Shown here piece after piece: positions 1 to 12,691 of a DNA stretch of 64,000 nucleotides. The first letter of the stretch is position 1; each line of letters begins with the position of its first letter. Source of the DNA: Saprolegnia diclina VS20 (Eukaryota); NCBI RefSeq assembly GCF_000281045.1, contig NW_008246143.1:71632-135631 (forward strand), in the 5' to 3' direction. The position numbers and the translations under genes are program-made. The notes below the pieces were generated by a model. It saw only the letters and a program-made list of their open reading frames with translations, was not told the DNA's origin and did no database searches.

Positions 1-390
1 AGCTTCCAGCGCCAGCTCAACTACTTTGGTTTCCGCAAGTGGACCAAGACGCAGTCGCACGTGTGCACGTTCAGCCACCCCGAGTTCAACCGCAGCTCGA
101 CGCTTGAAACGACGCCGATCGCCCGCAAGCGCGAGGGGTCGCCGGCGTCATCATCGTCGCGGTCCTCGTCCTCGTCGCCGTCCATGTCGCCAATGACGAT
201 GGTCGAGAGTCTGTCGGTGATGGAGCTGCCGTCGCTCGACCTTCTCGAGGACCTCTTTGCGTCGGACGTGATCAAGCACGAGGACGAGGACATGGACGCG
301 GCCGACTGGGCGGTGTGCGCCGACCTGCTGGACAGCTGCGATAGTGACATGGCGTGGCTGTCGACGCTCGACTGTAGCATTATGGTCTAA
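1..390 (+). CDS. HSF-type DNA-binding transcription factor, 3' part (5' truncated by the window)
   Basis: Frame 1 reads SFQRQLNYFGFRKWTKTQSHVCTFSHPEF, the HSF-domain signature (SFxRQLNxYGFxK...F.HP.F). An acidic/Ser-rich tail follows, with the stop at 388-390. Confidence 0.9.
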   Translation, partial: SFQRQLNYFGFRKWTKTQSHVCTFSHPEFNRSSTLETTPIARKREGSPASSSSRSSSSSPSMSPMTMVESLSVMELPSLDLLEDLFASDVIKHEDEDMDAADWAVCADLLDSCDSDMAWLSTLDCSIMV

Positions 391-587
391 CGCGAACCAG
401 GCAAATTGATATGTAACTATTTATGATAAATTCAAATGGGCAAGTACTCTAGCACTAGTGGATCGACTGGTAGGATTAGAGTGCATTAATCACAACGGAG
501 GTATTATAATGACTGTACTTTAAGCGTCCGCCGTAGTATGGTGGTTTAATATACGATTACTTGTTAGTACTACTCCTATGGGTCTTT

Positions 588-3500
588 TCAGTGCAGCTCG
601 CGGTTCTCGACGCAGCTGCCGCAGTACCAGTTGCCGGACGGGATCTCGGCGAGGCCGATGCAAAACGTGTGGTATGCTGCGTCACACGAGTCGCAGAGCA
701 AAAGCTCTGTTATGCGCTCGTCGCGCTTGCAGCTCCGGCACTGCTCATCGCTCGGAAGCGCTGTCGCGGGCGTCCCTGGCGGCGTCTTCTGCACCCACGC
801 CTCAAAGAGCCGATGGAAGACAGACCGGAGCCGCCGGGCCATCAACGAGAGCTCCGCCTGGCGTGTGTTGAACGTGAAGCAGTTGGTCCAGATGCGATCC
901 ATGTCGAGGCACAAGTTGCCGTACTGGCTGGTGTACGCGCCTTGTCGCAGCTTGGTCTCGATCGTGTGCAGGTCCATCGGGCAGCCAATCACTGAGCTAT
1001 ATGTCGGCACCACGGCCGTGTCAACAGGCTGCAAGAACGGGCCTGCGACTGGGTTCTTCTTGAGAGTCTCGAGGAGGAGCTGGAGCCGTTCTGGGAGCTT
1101 TGGGTCGTTGGCCACCGCAGGTGGGATGCCGTAGTGGCCCGTCTCCATTACAAATCGGTACTCGAGGTTCTTTGGTTTCCGACCTCGTAGCTTGGCCTTT
1201 TTCATCGCCACGTTCGTGACCGACCCCGACGTCGACGACGACACGGCCGACGGCAACTTGCGCTTGAGGTCGTCCGTGGCCGCTGGCACGGGAGCTGCAC
1301 TGCTGCTTGCACTAACCGACTGCTGCGCTTCGCGGCACTGGGCATACCACTTTTGAAGCGCGGCGTCCGGAAGCTGCGTCATGGCGCGCAGATCTTGCAT
1401 TGTCTAGGCGTTTCATGCTTAGTACACGTCTCGTAGACGCAGATGCACTACCTTGTGATAGACTTCGGTGGTCGCTGGGAGGGCGAGACTGGCTTGCATT
1501 CGGTTGCGTGCCTGGGCGGCCACGGCGGGACTCAGCGCGAGCAGTTCTGGACAAGTCGGCATGCCAGCGTACACGGCCGCCGACGACGGCCGCGGCGGTT
1601 GCATGGGCACCGGCGCCGCCTTGCGCTTCGGCACTGGCTTCTTCATTGGCTTGATGTACGAGAGCGCGTCGTCGAGGGCGTGGATACGCATTGCCGCCGA
1701 TGCCAGCGTGGCGGTCGACAGCATCGCTTTGGGCGTCAAAAGCGGCTGCGCCTTCCACTGTGCGTCGAGAAACTCACTGTCAACATGGCACTCGAGCACG
1801 AACGCAGCTTCGAGGAGCGACTTGGCGCCACTGCCGCGCACGACCATTTCAGCCCACGCCACGCGCAGCGGTGTCGTCCACTTGCCGTCACGGAAGGCGT
1901 CGCGGGGGAGTGCGGCCTCGATCGCGAGTAGCTGCGCCTTCAAGAGAGCGATCAGGTGCCCGTCACCCTCGACCTTTTGGAGACCCGGGACGCTGTCGGT
2001 AGCCCACTCGCCTTGGTGGCCGGCACCAGCGACATAGTGTGCGGTCGAAACGGGTAGCGCGACATTGGTCGCGAGCACCGAGTCGGGCTTTTTGGAGACG
2101 CGCGACGAGCGGCGCCCACACAGGCTCGCGAGATGCGTCGACTCAGTCTTCTTCACCGGTGGTTTCTTGGCCGAGCCCTATCATGTTGACAACGTTTGGT
2201 GAGCGCCACGTGTTGGAAAGATGGTATAAGTACCGTGTTGGCAACAAAGTCAACGCCTGGCGGCCCCGACCGGAACGCTTGCGGGTTGTAAAACTGCGGA
2301 TCAAAAAACGCCGAGGACGGGTGGAACTCGGCCCCTTGCGTTGGCGCTTGCATCTCAAACCCCGGGAACGGAGCGGCGTACATGTTGTAGTACATGTTGT
2401 TGGGTGCCGCCGTTGTTGCACCGTTGGAGGCTGCATACATGGCCGTCGGATCGGTGGCGGCCCACATCGCCGTGGCGTCGGGCGCCGGGTACATGCCTTG
2501 GCCATACATCATCGGGTTGAGCATCGGCGCGGGCGTGAAATCGGCAAACTCCGTGTTTGGCGCTGCAAAGTACCCCATGGGCGGCGCACCATTGAGATAT
2601 CCCTGGCTTGGCGCGTCGAAAAGTGGGCCAAACGCTGACGCCGGGTCCATCGGCAGCGACACTATACGTGGTGTTGCATCATACATATCGATGATCCAGG
2701 TCTACATGCAAACGTACGTTTGTCGGTCTCGGATGGCGCAGGCGCTGGCGTCGCGTTCGCGGCCGGTGCTTTGGCCGGTGGTGCCGCGTTGGATTGGCGT
2801 CGGAACGTGATCAAGAGCGGCCGGATGCCGGACGTCACAGCCTGTTTGAACCCTTCGATGCCGATGACAGAGACGGGCTCGTGGTTGACGGCGACGATCA
2901 TGTCTCCAATGTTGACAACGCCACTCTTGATCGCTTGGCCTTGCGGATCCGACGAAAACGACGACACCATGATCGAGTCGACTTCTTGCTGGATGATGAT
3001 GCCGAGCGGCCCGTGCGTAAAACTCACGACCACGTCGTCCGGGCTCGGGTTCGTTGGCGGCACACCGTTGGGCTGTGCCGTTGGCGGGTACTTGGGGATC
3101 GCGCCCGGGTTTTCATGCGGCTTGGTCGGCTCTGGCGGTGGCGAAGATGCGGCAACAGCACCCTTCATGATTTTCTTGACCTGCTTCTCGTACGCGGTCT
3201 GACACGTCTGGAGTTTCCAAAGCTCCTGCGTGAGCATGATCGGCAGCGGCGTAAAGTGCTGCTTGGGCTGCGACGTGCTCAGCATGGCAAAGAGTGGGCG
3301 ACACGTCGAGTTTGGCTGCAGCGCGCCGTTGGCGTCGTGCAAATAGAGCGACGAGAGGAAGAACGTCTGGATCGTGCTCAACATGTTCTGCACGTCGGGC
3401 GGCACGAGCGCGTGGGTGCTCCAGCCGCTCAGCGCGTTGTAGAACCCGACGCACTTTCCAATCGCAACGTCGTGTCGGGTCGGGTGCATCGTCGCATCCA

Positions 3501-6500
3501 GCGACGAAAGCACAACGTGACACGCGCTTTGCAACACTTGAAGCTCCATGGGCGAAAACGGCGTCGACGGCGCCTTTGCCATCGCTTGCAACAGCAAAAT
3601 CGACACGATGACCATGACGACGGCGTGGTGCAGTGCGACAAACGAGAGCGGGTTGGGCGCGTCGCCTGGGTGCCGCGAGAGGTGCGTTGCCAGCACGTTA
3701 AGCGCCGTGAGCGTGTTCTGCAGCCCTGAAATGAGACCCGCACTCGTTTCGGCCGACTTGCCGTGATACAGGTTGGACCACGCTTGCGACACGAGGCTCT
3801 TGTGCTCCTCCAGCGCCTGAATCTGCTGCAAGAGACGCGACTCTTTTGTCTTTTGCTTCTTCTGCGACGGCGACGCGTGGGTCGATGACGGCGGGGACGA
3901 CGACGGTGTTGGACGCTTCTTGGTGTGCTGGAGTTGCTGCTGTTGTTGGTGCTGGTGTTGCAGCTGCTGTTGTTGCTGCTGGTACTGCTGCTGCTGGTAC
4001 TGTTGTTGTTGAAGCTGCAGTTGGTGCTGCTGCTGTTGCAGCTGGAGCTGCTGCATTTGCATCTGATGCTGCAGTTGCGGCTGGTGCACGTGCTGCTGCT
4101 GCTGCTGGAGCATTTGCTGGTACTGTTGCTGCTGCATATGGCGATGATGCTGTTGTTGCTGTTGTTGTTGTTGTTGTTGCTGCTGCTGCTGCTGCAATTG
4201 CATCGGCGACGGCCTGGGGCGCGGCACCGAGATCTGCGGCGGCTTGACCGGCGGTGCTCGTGCGCGAATGCTGTACCGCAGCAAATTTTGCAGCTCGAGC
4301 GTCAAGAGCGACTCGTGGCGCCGCGTGCCCGCGAGCCGCCGGAGCATGTCTTCGGCCTTGAGCGTCGGCAGCTGCAATCGCGGAAACGTCGAGTTGGTGA
4401 ACGGCGCGAGAAATTGCTGGTGTGACTCGTAGCGCAGACAACAGACGCTGTACGCCTTTTCAGCATCCGCGAGCGACCCAAACGTCCCGAGGTAGTACTG
4501 CCGGCCGCAAAACATCACGTACGCTTCGTGCTGCACCACCGGGTCGCCGACCGACGAAATAAGCGGACGCATCGAGAACGGACCGGTTTTGGGCAACGCA
4601 ATCGGCGCACAAAGCGCGTCCAGTCGTGCCGCAAGCGCTTTGTCGTCCATTGCCGCCGTGTACGCCGCCACCTATACACAAGCAATGACGCCAAACGACG
4701 CATGGAGTCCACTAAGTACCTGCAGAATCTTGGACCAAACGCCGTCATGGAACCGATACAAAACTCGCGGGTCGCCACCAAAGTGAAAGTACTCGTTCCC
4801 GACCGTCATGGTGCGCGGCCCGACGTGACGCAAAAACGACTCGAGCGACTTGGTTGCGAGCAGCTTCGCGTGTATATCGTCGGCTGCCTCAAGAGCGTCG
4901 TTGAGAACGTTGACACACGACGCGTGAATTTGAACGTCAACGTCTGCTGGGATCCGAGGCAGCACGGTCACTTCCATTTCCTTCTCGAGCGGCAGTTGCT
5001 GAAGCAGCGACTGGAGCCATGCGAGGCGCATACCGCAAATATCGACGCGATTGAGCTGCACGAGCGTATCGCCGGGCGCGACTCCAGGAAGGGCCACGCC
5101 GCCCGTCGAGCGCACAATGAGCCGGTTGTCAAAGTCGATGATCTCGCACCGGACAAGGTGCGCCGCGAGCAAGTAGGTCGTGTGGGGTGGGCGGCCCTCG
5201 GACGACGACGGCGCCGGTGCGGCGCCAGGTCGTACGAAACCGAGCGTGATCGGGCGCGGAAGGCGTCGAATGAGATCCGTAAAATCCGTGAGCTCTTTGA
5301 GTTGCCCGAGGGACTTGCCTTGAAGCGATACAATGAGGTCCCCTGGCTCGATGCACTTGCTCGCCGTCGCTTGGCTCATGGCCGTGAGCGACCGCACATA
5401 TACCTTGTGGTGCTCAAGCTCGAGCGCGAGACCGAGCGGTCCGGGTGCAAACTGGACTTCGTACGCATGGCACTGCAGGATTTGTGACGCGACCGCGTCC
5501 GGCGACATCTTGGACGGCAACGTCGGAACCATCGGACCATGCCGGCGCGGAAACGCGTTGCGTAAAAGAAGCACCGTGCTTTGTGGTCGCCAGAGCTCAC
5601 TGGCCGTCGCGGCCGACGTCACGCGCGACCCGTTGATCGCATACACCACATCCCACGGGAAGAAAACGCCGCTGAGAGCGCAGAACCCCGTGAGCGTTCC
5701 CGGGAGATGCACGTGGCCACTTGTCTCAACGAGTGATGGCGCATCCAACGAGACACTTGGCAGTTGCACGAGCGCGTACTCGGACCGGGGTACGACGGCG
5801 CTCTTGGCACAAGAGTAGACGACCAGCGGGCGCGACGTTGTGCGAAGTTGCTCAAGAATACGCGGGGCGTCGGCGTTCAGCGGGACTTGGAAGGCATCAA
5901 AACCGAGAAGCACGTCGCCGTCCGTGAGACCCGACCCGTCGTTTGCCCCCGACACGACGAGCTGCCCGTCGCTTTCCAGCACAACGCCCTCAAACGGCAG
6001 CGCGTCATCGGCCCAAATGCAAATGTTCCACTCGACGTCCAGCGTCGGCTCTGAAAACGTCGCAAGTGTCTTCGAGACGCAAAGTGTCTCGGGCGCCTGC
6101 CACGCTGCCTCTAGCGGCCCGAGGACACTACCAGCGGGTTGCTGGCAAGCGATACACACTCGCGCGTCAATGTCATCGATCGACTCTGTTGGCAGCCCAT
6201 GAGCCATCAATTTAGCGTCGCCATGCGCTTCCAGAATGGCCACTGCCCAGTCTTCGTCTTCCTCTTCGTCCTCGCTGTGCGAGTAGTAGTCGCTCTGAGG
6301 CTCGGCTTTCACCGTCGACTCGTCAAAGTCGAACGGCGCGGGCAGCGACGTGTGCTCGAGCTGCGCGTGGCACCTCGCCTTGAGATATGCGAGGAGGTCG
6401 TCCGAGAGGTCGCGCGGCTCACCGTCGATGGTCAGCGTCTCGGTGGCTCGAACGCTCGGGAGTCGAACATGGCCGAATCGGCTCCAGTCACGGACACAGT

Positions 6501-9500
6501 CGGCGTACGAGGCTGCGAGTGCCCGGCGCTGGTCCTCGGCGTGGTCTTCGACGATATGCATGATACTAGCAAATGGTAAATAAGCATGCACAATGCATCG
6601 ACGATGGGTTACCTCTGCACGGCCGACGTCGATTGCACGAGTTCGCAAAGCGTCGTGAGCACAAGAAGGCGGTCTTCGAGCGTCTATACAACGATGTTTA
6701 CCACAGCCCTAGGTACAATGAGTGGAACGCACCAGCTCCGCGTACGAGTCCTTAGACAAGAGCCGAACAACGTGCGCAAGGCCCGACTCGAACTGCGCCA
6801 AGTCACTTTCGCTGACGTCGTCCTCCGACTTTTCAGGCGGCGGAGGCTGCAGCGGCGCGCAGTCGGGGCAGTACCACTCGCCCTTCGGAATCGACGCGAG
6901 CGGAGGCGACGTGCACACGGTGTGGTACGGCGCATCGCACCGGTCACAGAGAAGGAGCTGCGCTTTCAAAAAGACGCCGTGGCACTGGCGGCACGTGTCT
7001 TCGACCTTGGCAGAAAAGTTGGATGCCTCTGTGTGTACAAAGTCGCGGCACAGCCGGTCAAAGGCCGCCGAGAGCTTTCGCGCGAGCTTCGAGATGTCGG
7101 CCTGCTCGCCGTTGTACTCGTAGCAGTTCTTCCAAATGAGCTGGACGTCGTCAACGACACCATCGACGTCGTCGTCGCCGTCGTACTCGTTGTCTCGAAT
7201 CTTGTCTTCGATCGTTCCGAGGTCCATGGGCTCGGCGATGATCGTATAATAGTCAGGATACAAATCTGCGTCGACGGGGTGGCTAAACGGCTGCGCAGCG
7301 TCCTTGGCTACATCATGGGCTTAGCATCCAATCGGATTGCGATCAAGATCATGTACCTTGCAGGATCTTGAGCACCGTTCCGAGTCGTTTGAGTTTACTC
7401 GACGTGCTTGACGCTTTCGGCTTGGCTGGCACGGACGCCACGAGCTCTGCTTTGGCAAAAATGCACCCAAACGGCGCTGTCATGTCCTCGACCATCTCGT
7501 CCAGCTCTTGCAAGCTCGTCAGCGGTGGGATCTATCATCAAGCATAAGAACTCTGTGATTTCGGTGCCAAAATGCAGTACCTCGATGCCGTTGATGCAGA
7601 GAAGTTGGTCGTTGATGCCAACTTTGTCTCGTAGTGCAGCGTCGGCCGTCTCGGGCACGCGCTCGACGCGTATCGTACCGTCCACTTGTGTCCACGTGAG
7701 GCCCCACGCATCCCACAGTGCAGGAACGACAAGGCTATAGCAGGGCTCGATCGTAGGCGGCGGCGACGCGGCCTCGGTCATCGTGGGCGGCAGCGCCGGC
7801 ACAGCGGCCGGGTTGGCGGCGAGGAGCTCGCGGCCGCGGCTGATGAGCGTCTCGCGCATCGGCAGGACGCTGCTTTCATTGGACGACTTGCTGCCCTTGA
7901 GCATTTTGATAAAGTTGCCGTCGACATCGCCGCGGTCCACGTCGAACGCTACCATGCACACGTGGCGTGCGACTTCGACCCACGTCATGACGTTGAGAGG
8001 CCGCGTCTTCTTGTAGTCGGTAACCGAGAGCTGCAAGTACGGCGTGTACTCTTGGAGCAGCACGTCGAGCAAAAGGACGTGCAGAGTCGCGAGGCACCGG
8101 CCATGGCTCATCTCTTCCATGATCGAGTCGCCGTTCGGGAGCGATCCGTCGTGGAGCGCCACCACGTGGCACAAGTAGGCTAGCGGCGGCACCGCCCGGA
8201 GCCGGAGCACGTCCGCGTACTGGTACAAAAAGTCCCACACCCACAGCAGTTGGCGCTGTACGTCGGGTGTAAACGGCGTCAAAAAGTCCAACGGTGTCGT
8301 CGCACTCGATGGCGACACCGGGTCGGCGAGTGGCGTCGGCGGTGGCGGCTCGATCCGCGTCGCTTCAATGTGCGTTTTGGCCAGGTCATGCGCCGCGACG
8401 AAGGCGAGATGCCGCGTATGCGCCGCTGCGAGCTCCTTGCGCTTGGCGATCTCGTCGTCGACAAACTGCAAGAGGACATTGGTCTTGTTCACGTCCATGG
8501 ATGACCGCCAGTTGATACCAGTCGTTCGCAGTGCCTCTTGCTCTTTGAGCAGCTGACGCCGCTGCCGGAGCGCGTCGATCTTCTTTTGCATCGATGCTTG
8601 CTGCTTCTGCTGCGTCTTTAGCGCCTGCTGTTGCCGCTTCTTGGTTGCAGACACTTGCTCTTGCTGGGCTTGAAGCGCCTTTTCTTCTTCGTACATTTGC
8701 CGCGCCTTGGCGCGAATCGCTCGCTTCTCCCGCTGTCGTGCTTCGTCCTGCGCTTCGAGCTGCTTCGTCAGCGCCGCCTTCTGCGTCACGAGGTCGGTCG
8801 CGCTCATCGTACGGCCGTCGCGCGCGTCCCAAAAGAGGTAGCCATCGCATTCAAGCACATGCGGAAGACCTTCCAACGTGCGCGCAATGTTCTCTCGTTG
8901 CAGACCAAACCCATCGTGGACGGTCTCGGAGGTCGCGCCCGTCGCCTCGCGCCAGTGGTTCTTCTCGTCTTCGGATGCGTCGTCGAGGAACGTCATTGCC
9001 TTTGCCCATGCTTTGGCGGTCGTATACGAGCGGAACGCAATCGCGGGCGCCTTCTCGAGCTGCACCTGGAAGACAGGTCCTTTCTTCGCGTCGTCCTTTG
9101 CAAGTTGAATGCTGCAGCGCCACGCGATCCCGTCCACGAGCGCCCGCGTCTCGTACCCGATCGGGAACAGCTCGCTCGTCGTCCAGGACCCTGTTGTCTC
9201 GAGCTTGAGCTCGCCAAGCGCTTGCACCGAGATCGGGCCGTCGACGAGCTCGCCCGAGCGCTCAAAGAGCTGTCGACGCAGCATGGCGATCGCGTGCAGC
9301 TCCTTTCTCCCGTTGCGCTCGTCGCTGCTGCGGGATGGACTCGACGTCGTTGACGTGCTCGTGGCGAGGGTCCTTGCATGTCGATCGACGTCGTCCATCT
9401 CGGCGTCCGACGGGTTGCCAGCCTCGTCGTCGTCGCTGCTCGGGGCAAAGTCTTCGTCCGATGCACCTTCATCGAGGCTCTCCTCGTGGCTGTCGTCCAT

Positions 9501-9557
9501 CTCGTCGGCGCTCGCTCCATGGAGCTCGTCCATACTGCTGCTACTGCTGCTGCTCAT
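588..9557 (-). CDS. Giant multi-exon BAZ/MBD9-like chromatin reader (FYR, DDT, PDZ-like, bromodomain-PHD, WHIM motifs, AP2-like, polyQ, C-terminal bromodomain-PHD)
   Basis: ORFs 7395-9716, 6709-7263, 4672-6648, 2662-4671, 2153-2686, 1419-2156 and 588-1400 join across short GT..AG introns. Motifs: ELFPIGYETR (FYR); LLWVWDFLYQYADVL (DDT); AQPFSHPVD..YPDYY.II.EPMDLGTI and GPFLQPVD..PMDLHTI (bromodomains); LLLCDRCDAPYH..C..W.C..C (two PHD fingers); YAELTLEDRLLVLTTLC (WHIM1); LKAQLLAIEAALP..TLASAAMRIHALDDAL (WHIM3-like); GPLGL/GPLGI (PDZ). Confidence 0.8.
3925..4200 (-). repeat. CAG/CAA microsatellite-like tract encoding polyQ
   Basis: Runs of tgc/tgt triplets on the + strand; a Q-rich segment within ORF 2662-4671. 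Confidence 0.9.
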
Positions 9558-10445
9558 GACCCCTCGCGCGATCTGCCGCAGCCCGCGCGGATGTCCCGGC
9601 GTTCTAATTACAAGTCCAGGCCACCAACTGCTCACCTCGTTAGAAGAACCGCATGTTTCGCGCGATCTGATTGGCTCATCGGGATGTTCCCGCCACTTGG
9701 GAACCACACGCACCATTGAATTGCGCGTCTTTTTATTCCTACGTAAAGCTTCAACAACCTGTAAATGCTATGGAATGGGGTCGCGACTGGCCATTAAAAT
9801 ACGATTAATATTATGTGCGCGACTGTTTCGGCGCGTGGCAACTGCAGTATGTGCAAAATGGACAAATTGACCACAAGGAAGGTCGTAAGACCGTCCTTAT
9901 GCTTATACAGGACCACAAGGAAGGTGGTCGCATGGACGCTAGTCCGAGGGGTACTACCCTACGGGCCAACGAAAGAGCCTGGCGTAGAGATCTGTAGCCT
10001 CCAAACCATGCTAGAGACGGGCAGGTATCGATCAACTCTCCTCATTCTAGTGTCGACGACGTGGCGTTCGCACACAATAATCGAAAAATGGGCATTTCGG
10101 GGTGACAAGGAGTTGGCTGCGTCTCGCAAGCTACGTCATGCCATTGCGTGTTTCCAGCATGCGTCGTATGCCACCGAAGGAGCGAACGATCTGACGTCTC
10201 ACATTGACGGGGTGGTGGTACCGACGCTTCGACCGCTGTAGTACAGTGTAGGGGCGCGAGTAACTAATACTGTAGTTGCCCTGAGACCGCATGTTTGCCC
10301 ATGAATTGTTGGTCATTATTGTCGTGCAGTTTCATTCCATGGAGCAGTATCCGGCATCTGAAAAGCGATCTTTCTGGATTTCGTCGTCGCCCATTCCAAC
10401 TGACGAGGTATGGGCAGCGCAGGCAGCGTCTTGGACGGTGTCACA

Positions 10446-11822
10446 ATGGCGCCAGTCGCGCCGCCCTCGTCCCCGTACGCGACGCACATTCCGTCGACAA
10501 TGACGGACAATAATGCGCCCGCCGCCCAAGCGCGGGTGATTCTCTCGATTCATGGCCATGACGCGACGATCCGCTGCACGCGCGCCGACATTTCGCCGGC
10601 GCACCACGCCATTTCGCACCGATGGCAGGACCGAAAGGAGACGCAGACCTTCACGGTGCACTGCGACAACGAGCCGCCGTATGTGTGCGAACTCCTCGAC
10701 GCCGAAGTCAAGAACCTCGAAGCGCTCCTCTCGCGGCTCGGCCCAGGCCTCTGGCTCGACTACGTGTGCATTGACCAGAGCAGCAGCGACGACAAGGTCG
10801 CGCAGGTCAACATCATGGGCAACATTTACGCGAATGCAACGTCCGTCGTGCTCGGTCCGTACCTTCGCCTCGAGATGCCACCGCGCGACTACCTCGAGCG
10901 CGCGTGGTGCTTTCAGGAGCGCATGTTTGGCCCGATCAAGTTTCTCTGGGACATGTCGGCGACCGACTTGAGCTACCTCATTGCGTTCGCCAACGACGTG
11001 GCGATGCGCGTGCCCGGGCTCCAAGAAGCCTTCTCGTTCATCAACCGCAACTTTGACTGGAACGAGCACTGGCGCATCGGGGCCTTGCACAAGATTGGGC
11101 GCGAGGATTTCCCGCAGACGCGGCACCTCTGCGATCACCTCGAGCAGCTCATCAACGCCCCACGCCACGAGGCAAACCAGCGAGAAATGGCCGAGACCGT
11201 GCTCCGCATTCGCGAAGCCGTGCCGTGCACGCATGCCGCCACGTACAGCGAGTGGAACCTCTTCATTTTCGACTGCCAAGCCAGCATCGAGAAGGACCGC
11301 CTTTTTGGCACATGGGGCGTGCCGCTGTACCAGTCGCACCTCCAGCTCTCGTACGAGTACCCGGATGCGACGTGGCACCTCATTGCGACGACGTACCCCG
11401 ACGCAGACTATGCGTTTCACGCGCCCCACAGTGCGCCAGGTCGGCCCCACGGTGGCTTTGCCGGGTTTGCGACCACGACGCAGCTCGTGTGCCACATCAT
11501 GCAGCACACGCTCCTGACACCGGGCACCCATGCACAGCAGCCACTCGGCGCCGAGAAGTTTCGGTTCACCGACTCGAACGAAGTTGCGACGCTCGCGTGG
11601 GACGAGCAGTACATTGGCGTCGCCTGGCCGCACCAAACGTTCCACTTTATCGTCTCCAAAGAGTGCCTGCGCCGCGGCAAAGGCCTCGGGGGCGAGGCTG
11701 GTCCGACCAAGAAGTTTATTCATTTGATTGAGCGCCTCCGAGCGCTGGGCTGCAACATTCCGAGCTGGAAAGTCCCGTTCGACTTGAAGGCCCGCCTCGA
11801 ACAGCTTGCCGACACGACGTAA
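10446..11822 (+). CDS. HET (heterokaryon incompatibility, PF06985-like) domain protein, intronless
   Basis: All three HET blocks are present in order: HAISHRW; LWLDYVCIDQSSSDDKVAQVNIMGNIYANA; YLERAWCFQER. A later C-Q-ASIEKDRLFG matches the common post-HET C...DR.Y/F motif. Confidence 0.88.
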   Translation: MAPVAPPSSPYATHIPSTMTDNNAPAAQARVILSIHGHDATIRCTRADISPAHHAISHRWQDRKETQTFTVHCDNEPPYVCELLDAEVKNLEALLSRLGPGLWLDYVCIDQSSSDDKVAQVNIMGNIYANATSVVLGPYLRLEMPPRDYLERAWCFQERMFGPIKFLWDMSATDLSYLIAFANDVAMRVPGLQEAFSFINRNFDWNEHWRIGALHKIGREDFPQTRHLCDHLEQLINAPRHEANQREMAETVLRIREAVPCTHAATYSEWNLFIFDCQASIEKDRLFGTWGVPLYQSHLQLSYEYPDATWHLIATTYPDADYAFHAPHSAPGRPHGGFAGFATTTQLVCHIMQHTLLTPGTHAQQPLGAEKFRFTDSNEVATLAWDEQYIGVAWPHQTFHFIVSKECLRRGKGLGGEAGPTKKFIHLIERLRALGCNIPSWKVPFDLKARLEQLADTT

Positions 11823-12691
11823 AAGTGAAAAAACACGTTATTGCTCTGTGCTCTTGAATATAGACCAGCGATATGCATGTATAACTCGGCTCGTGCAGCA
11901 GCGATGTTAATGCAGAGCGGGTGGTGTTGGGTAATGTATGCCCAAGAGGCGCGAGTTGGGAGATTCAAGGTGGGACATAGATGCCGTATGAAGAGTCGAG
12001 CACGTCATGCGGTCGAGCCATAAACACACTGCTACCTTGTAGCTCAGAGCTCCGCTAGCTCCTCCTCGTCGGTGCTCTGGACTGGTGGCAAGGATACGAC
12101 CGATCAACCGGATGGTGCGTATCGATTGGCTAAAATCAGGCAAATCACGCGGCTTTGATTATAATACATCGCTTTGATTGGCTTGAATTTAATCCAATCA
12201 CGTACATCGGATCGCACCGAGCAAAATAGCGATCCTGCAGCAGCGGCCACCAAGATCGACACGACTGCCTCCAGCTCACTGCTGTACGCTTGCTACAATA
12301 TCAATTGACCAGCTACCTCTAGCGTGGAAGCGACAGAGTCAGGCTCTTTCTGGGCGTCGTCGACTCTTGGGTTCGTTTGTCAAGGTACTCGGGTCGCAGC
12401 TGCGCATCGATCTTCGCGCACCCACGACACGGTCGACGCGTGCGTGGCTGCTTTCACACGCCTGTCGTGGCAAAGACACTGACGAGCATACAAAGTGCAA
12501 GCGCAACCTGGTTCTCGTCGTCGACGCGGGTGCTGGCTCCATGCAACAACCCATCCTTGCAGGCGCAAGAAACACGCAACAATCGGGCCTTGCCCGCTTG
12601 AAGTTGGCAAGGAATCTTCCGCGTTCGGCACATCGAGCGCTGTCCGCTGCGTTGATCACTTTGCAATCGTCTCGTTCTACACTACAAGACC

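Noticed and set aside
3925..4425. Poly-Leu and poly-Ala ORFs
   Set aside because: Alternative frames of the polyQ tract.
10332..11723. 463-aa minus-strand ORF opposite the HET gene, and similar long antisense ORFs throughout the window
   Set aside because: Shadow ORFs caused by high GC3 codon bias, with no recognisable motifs.
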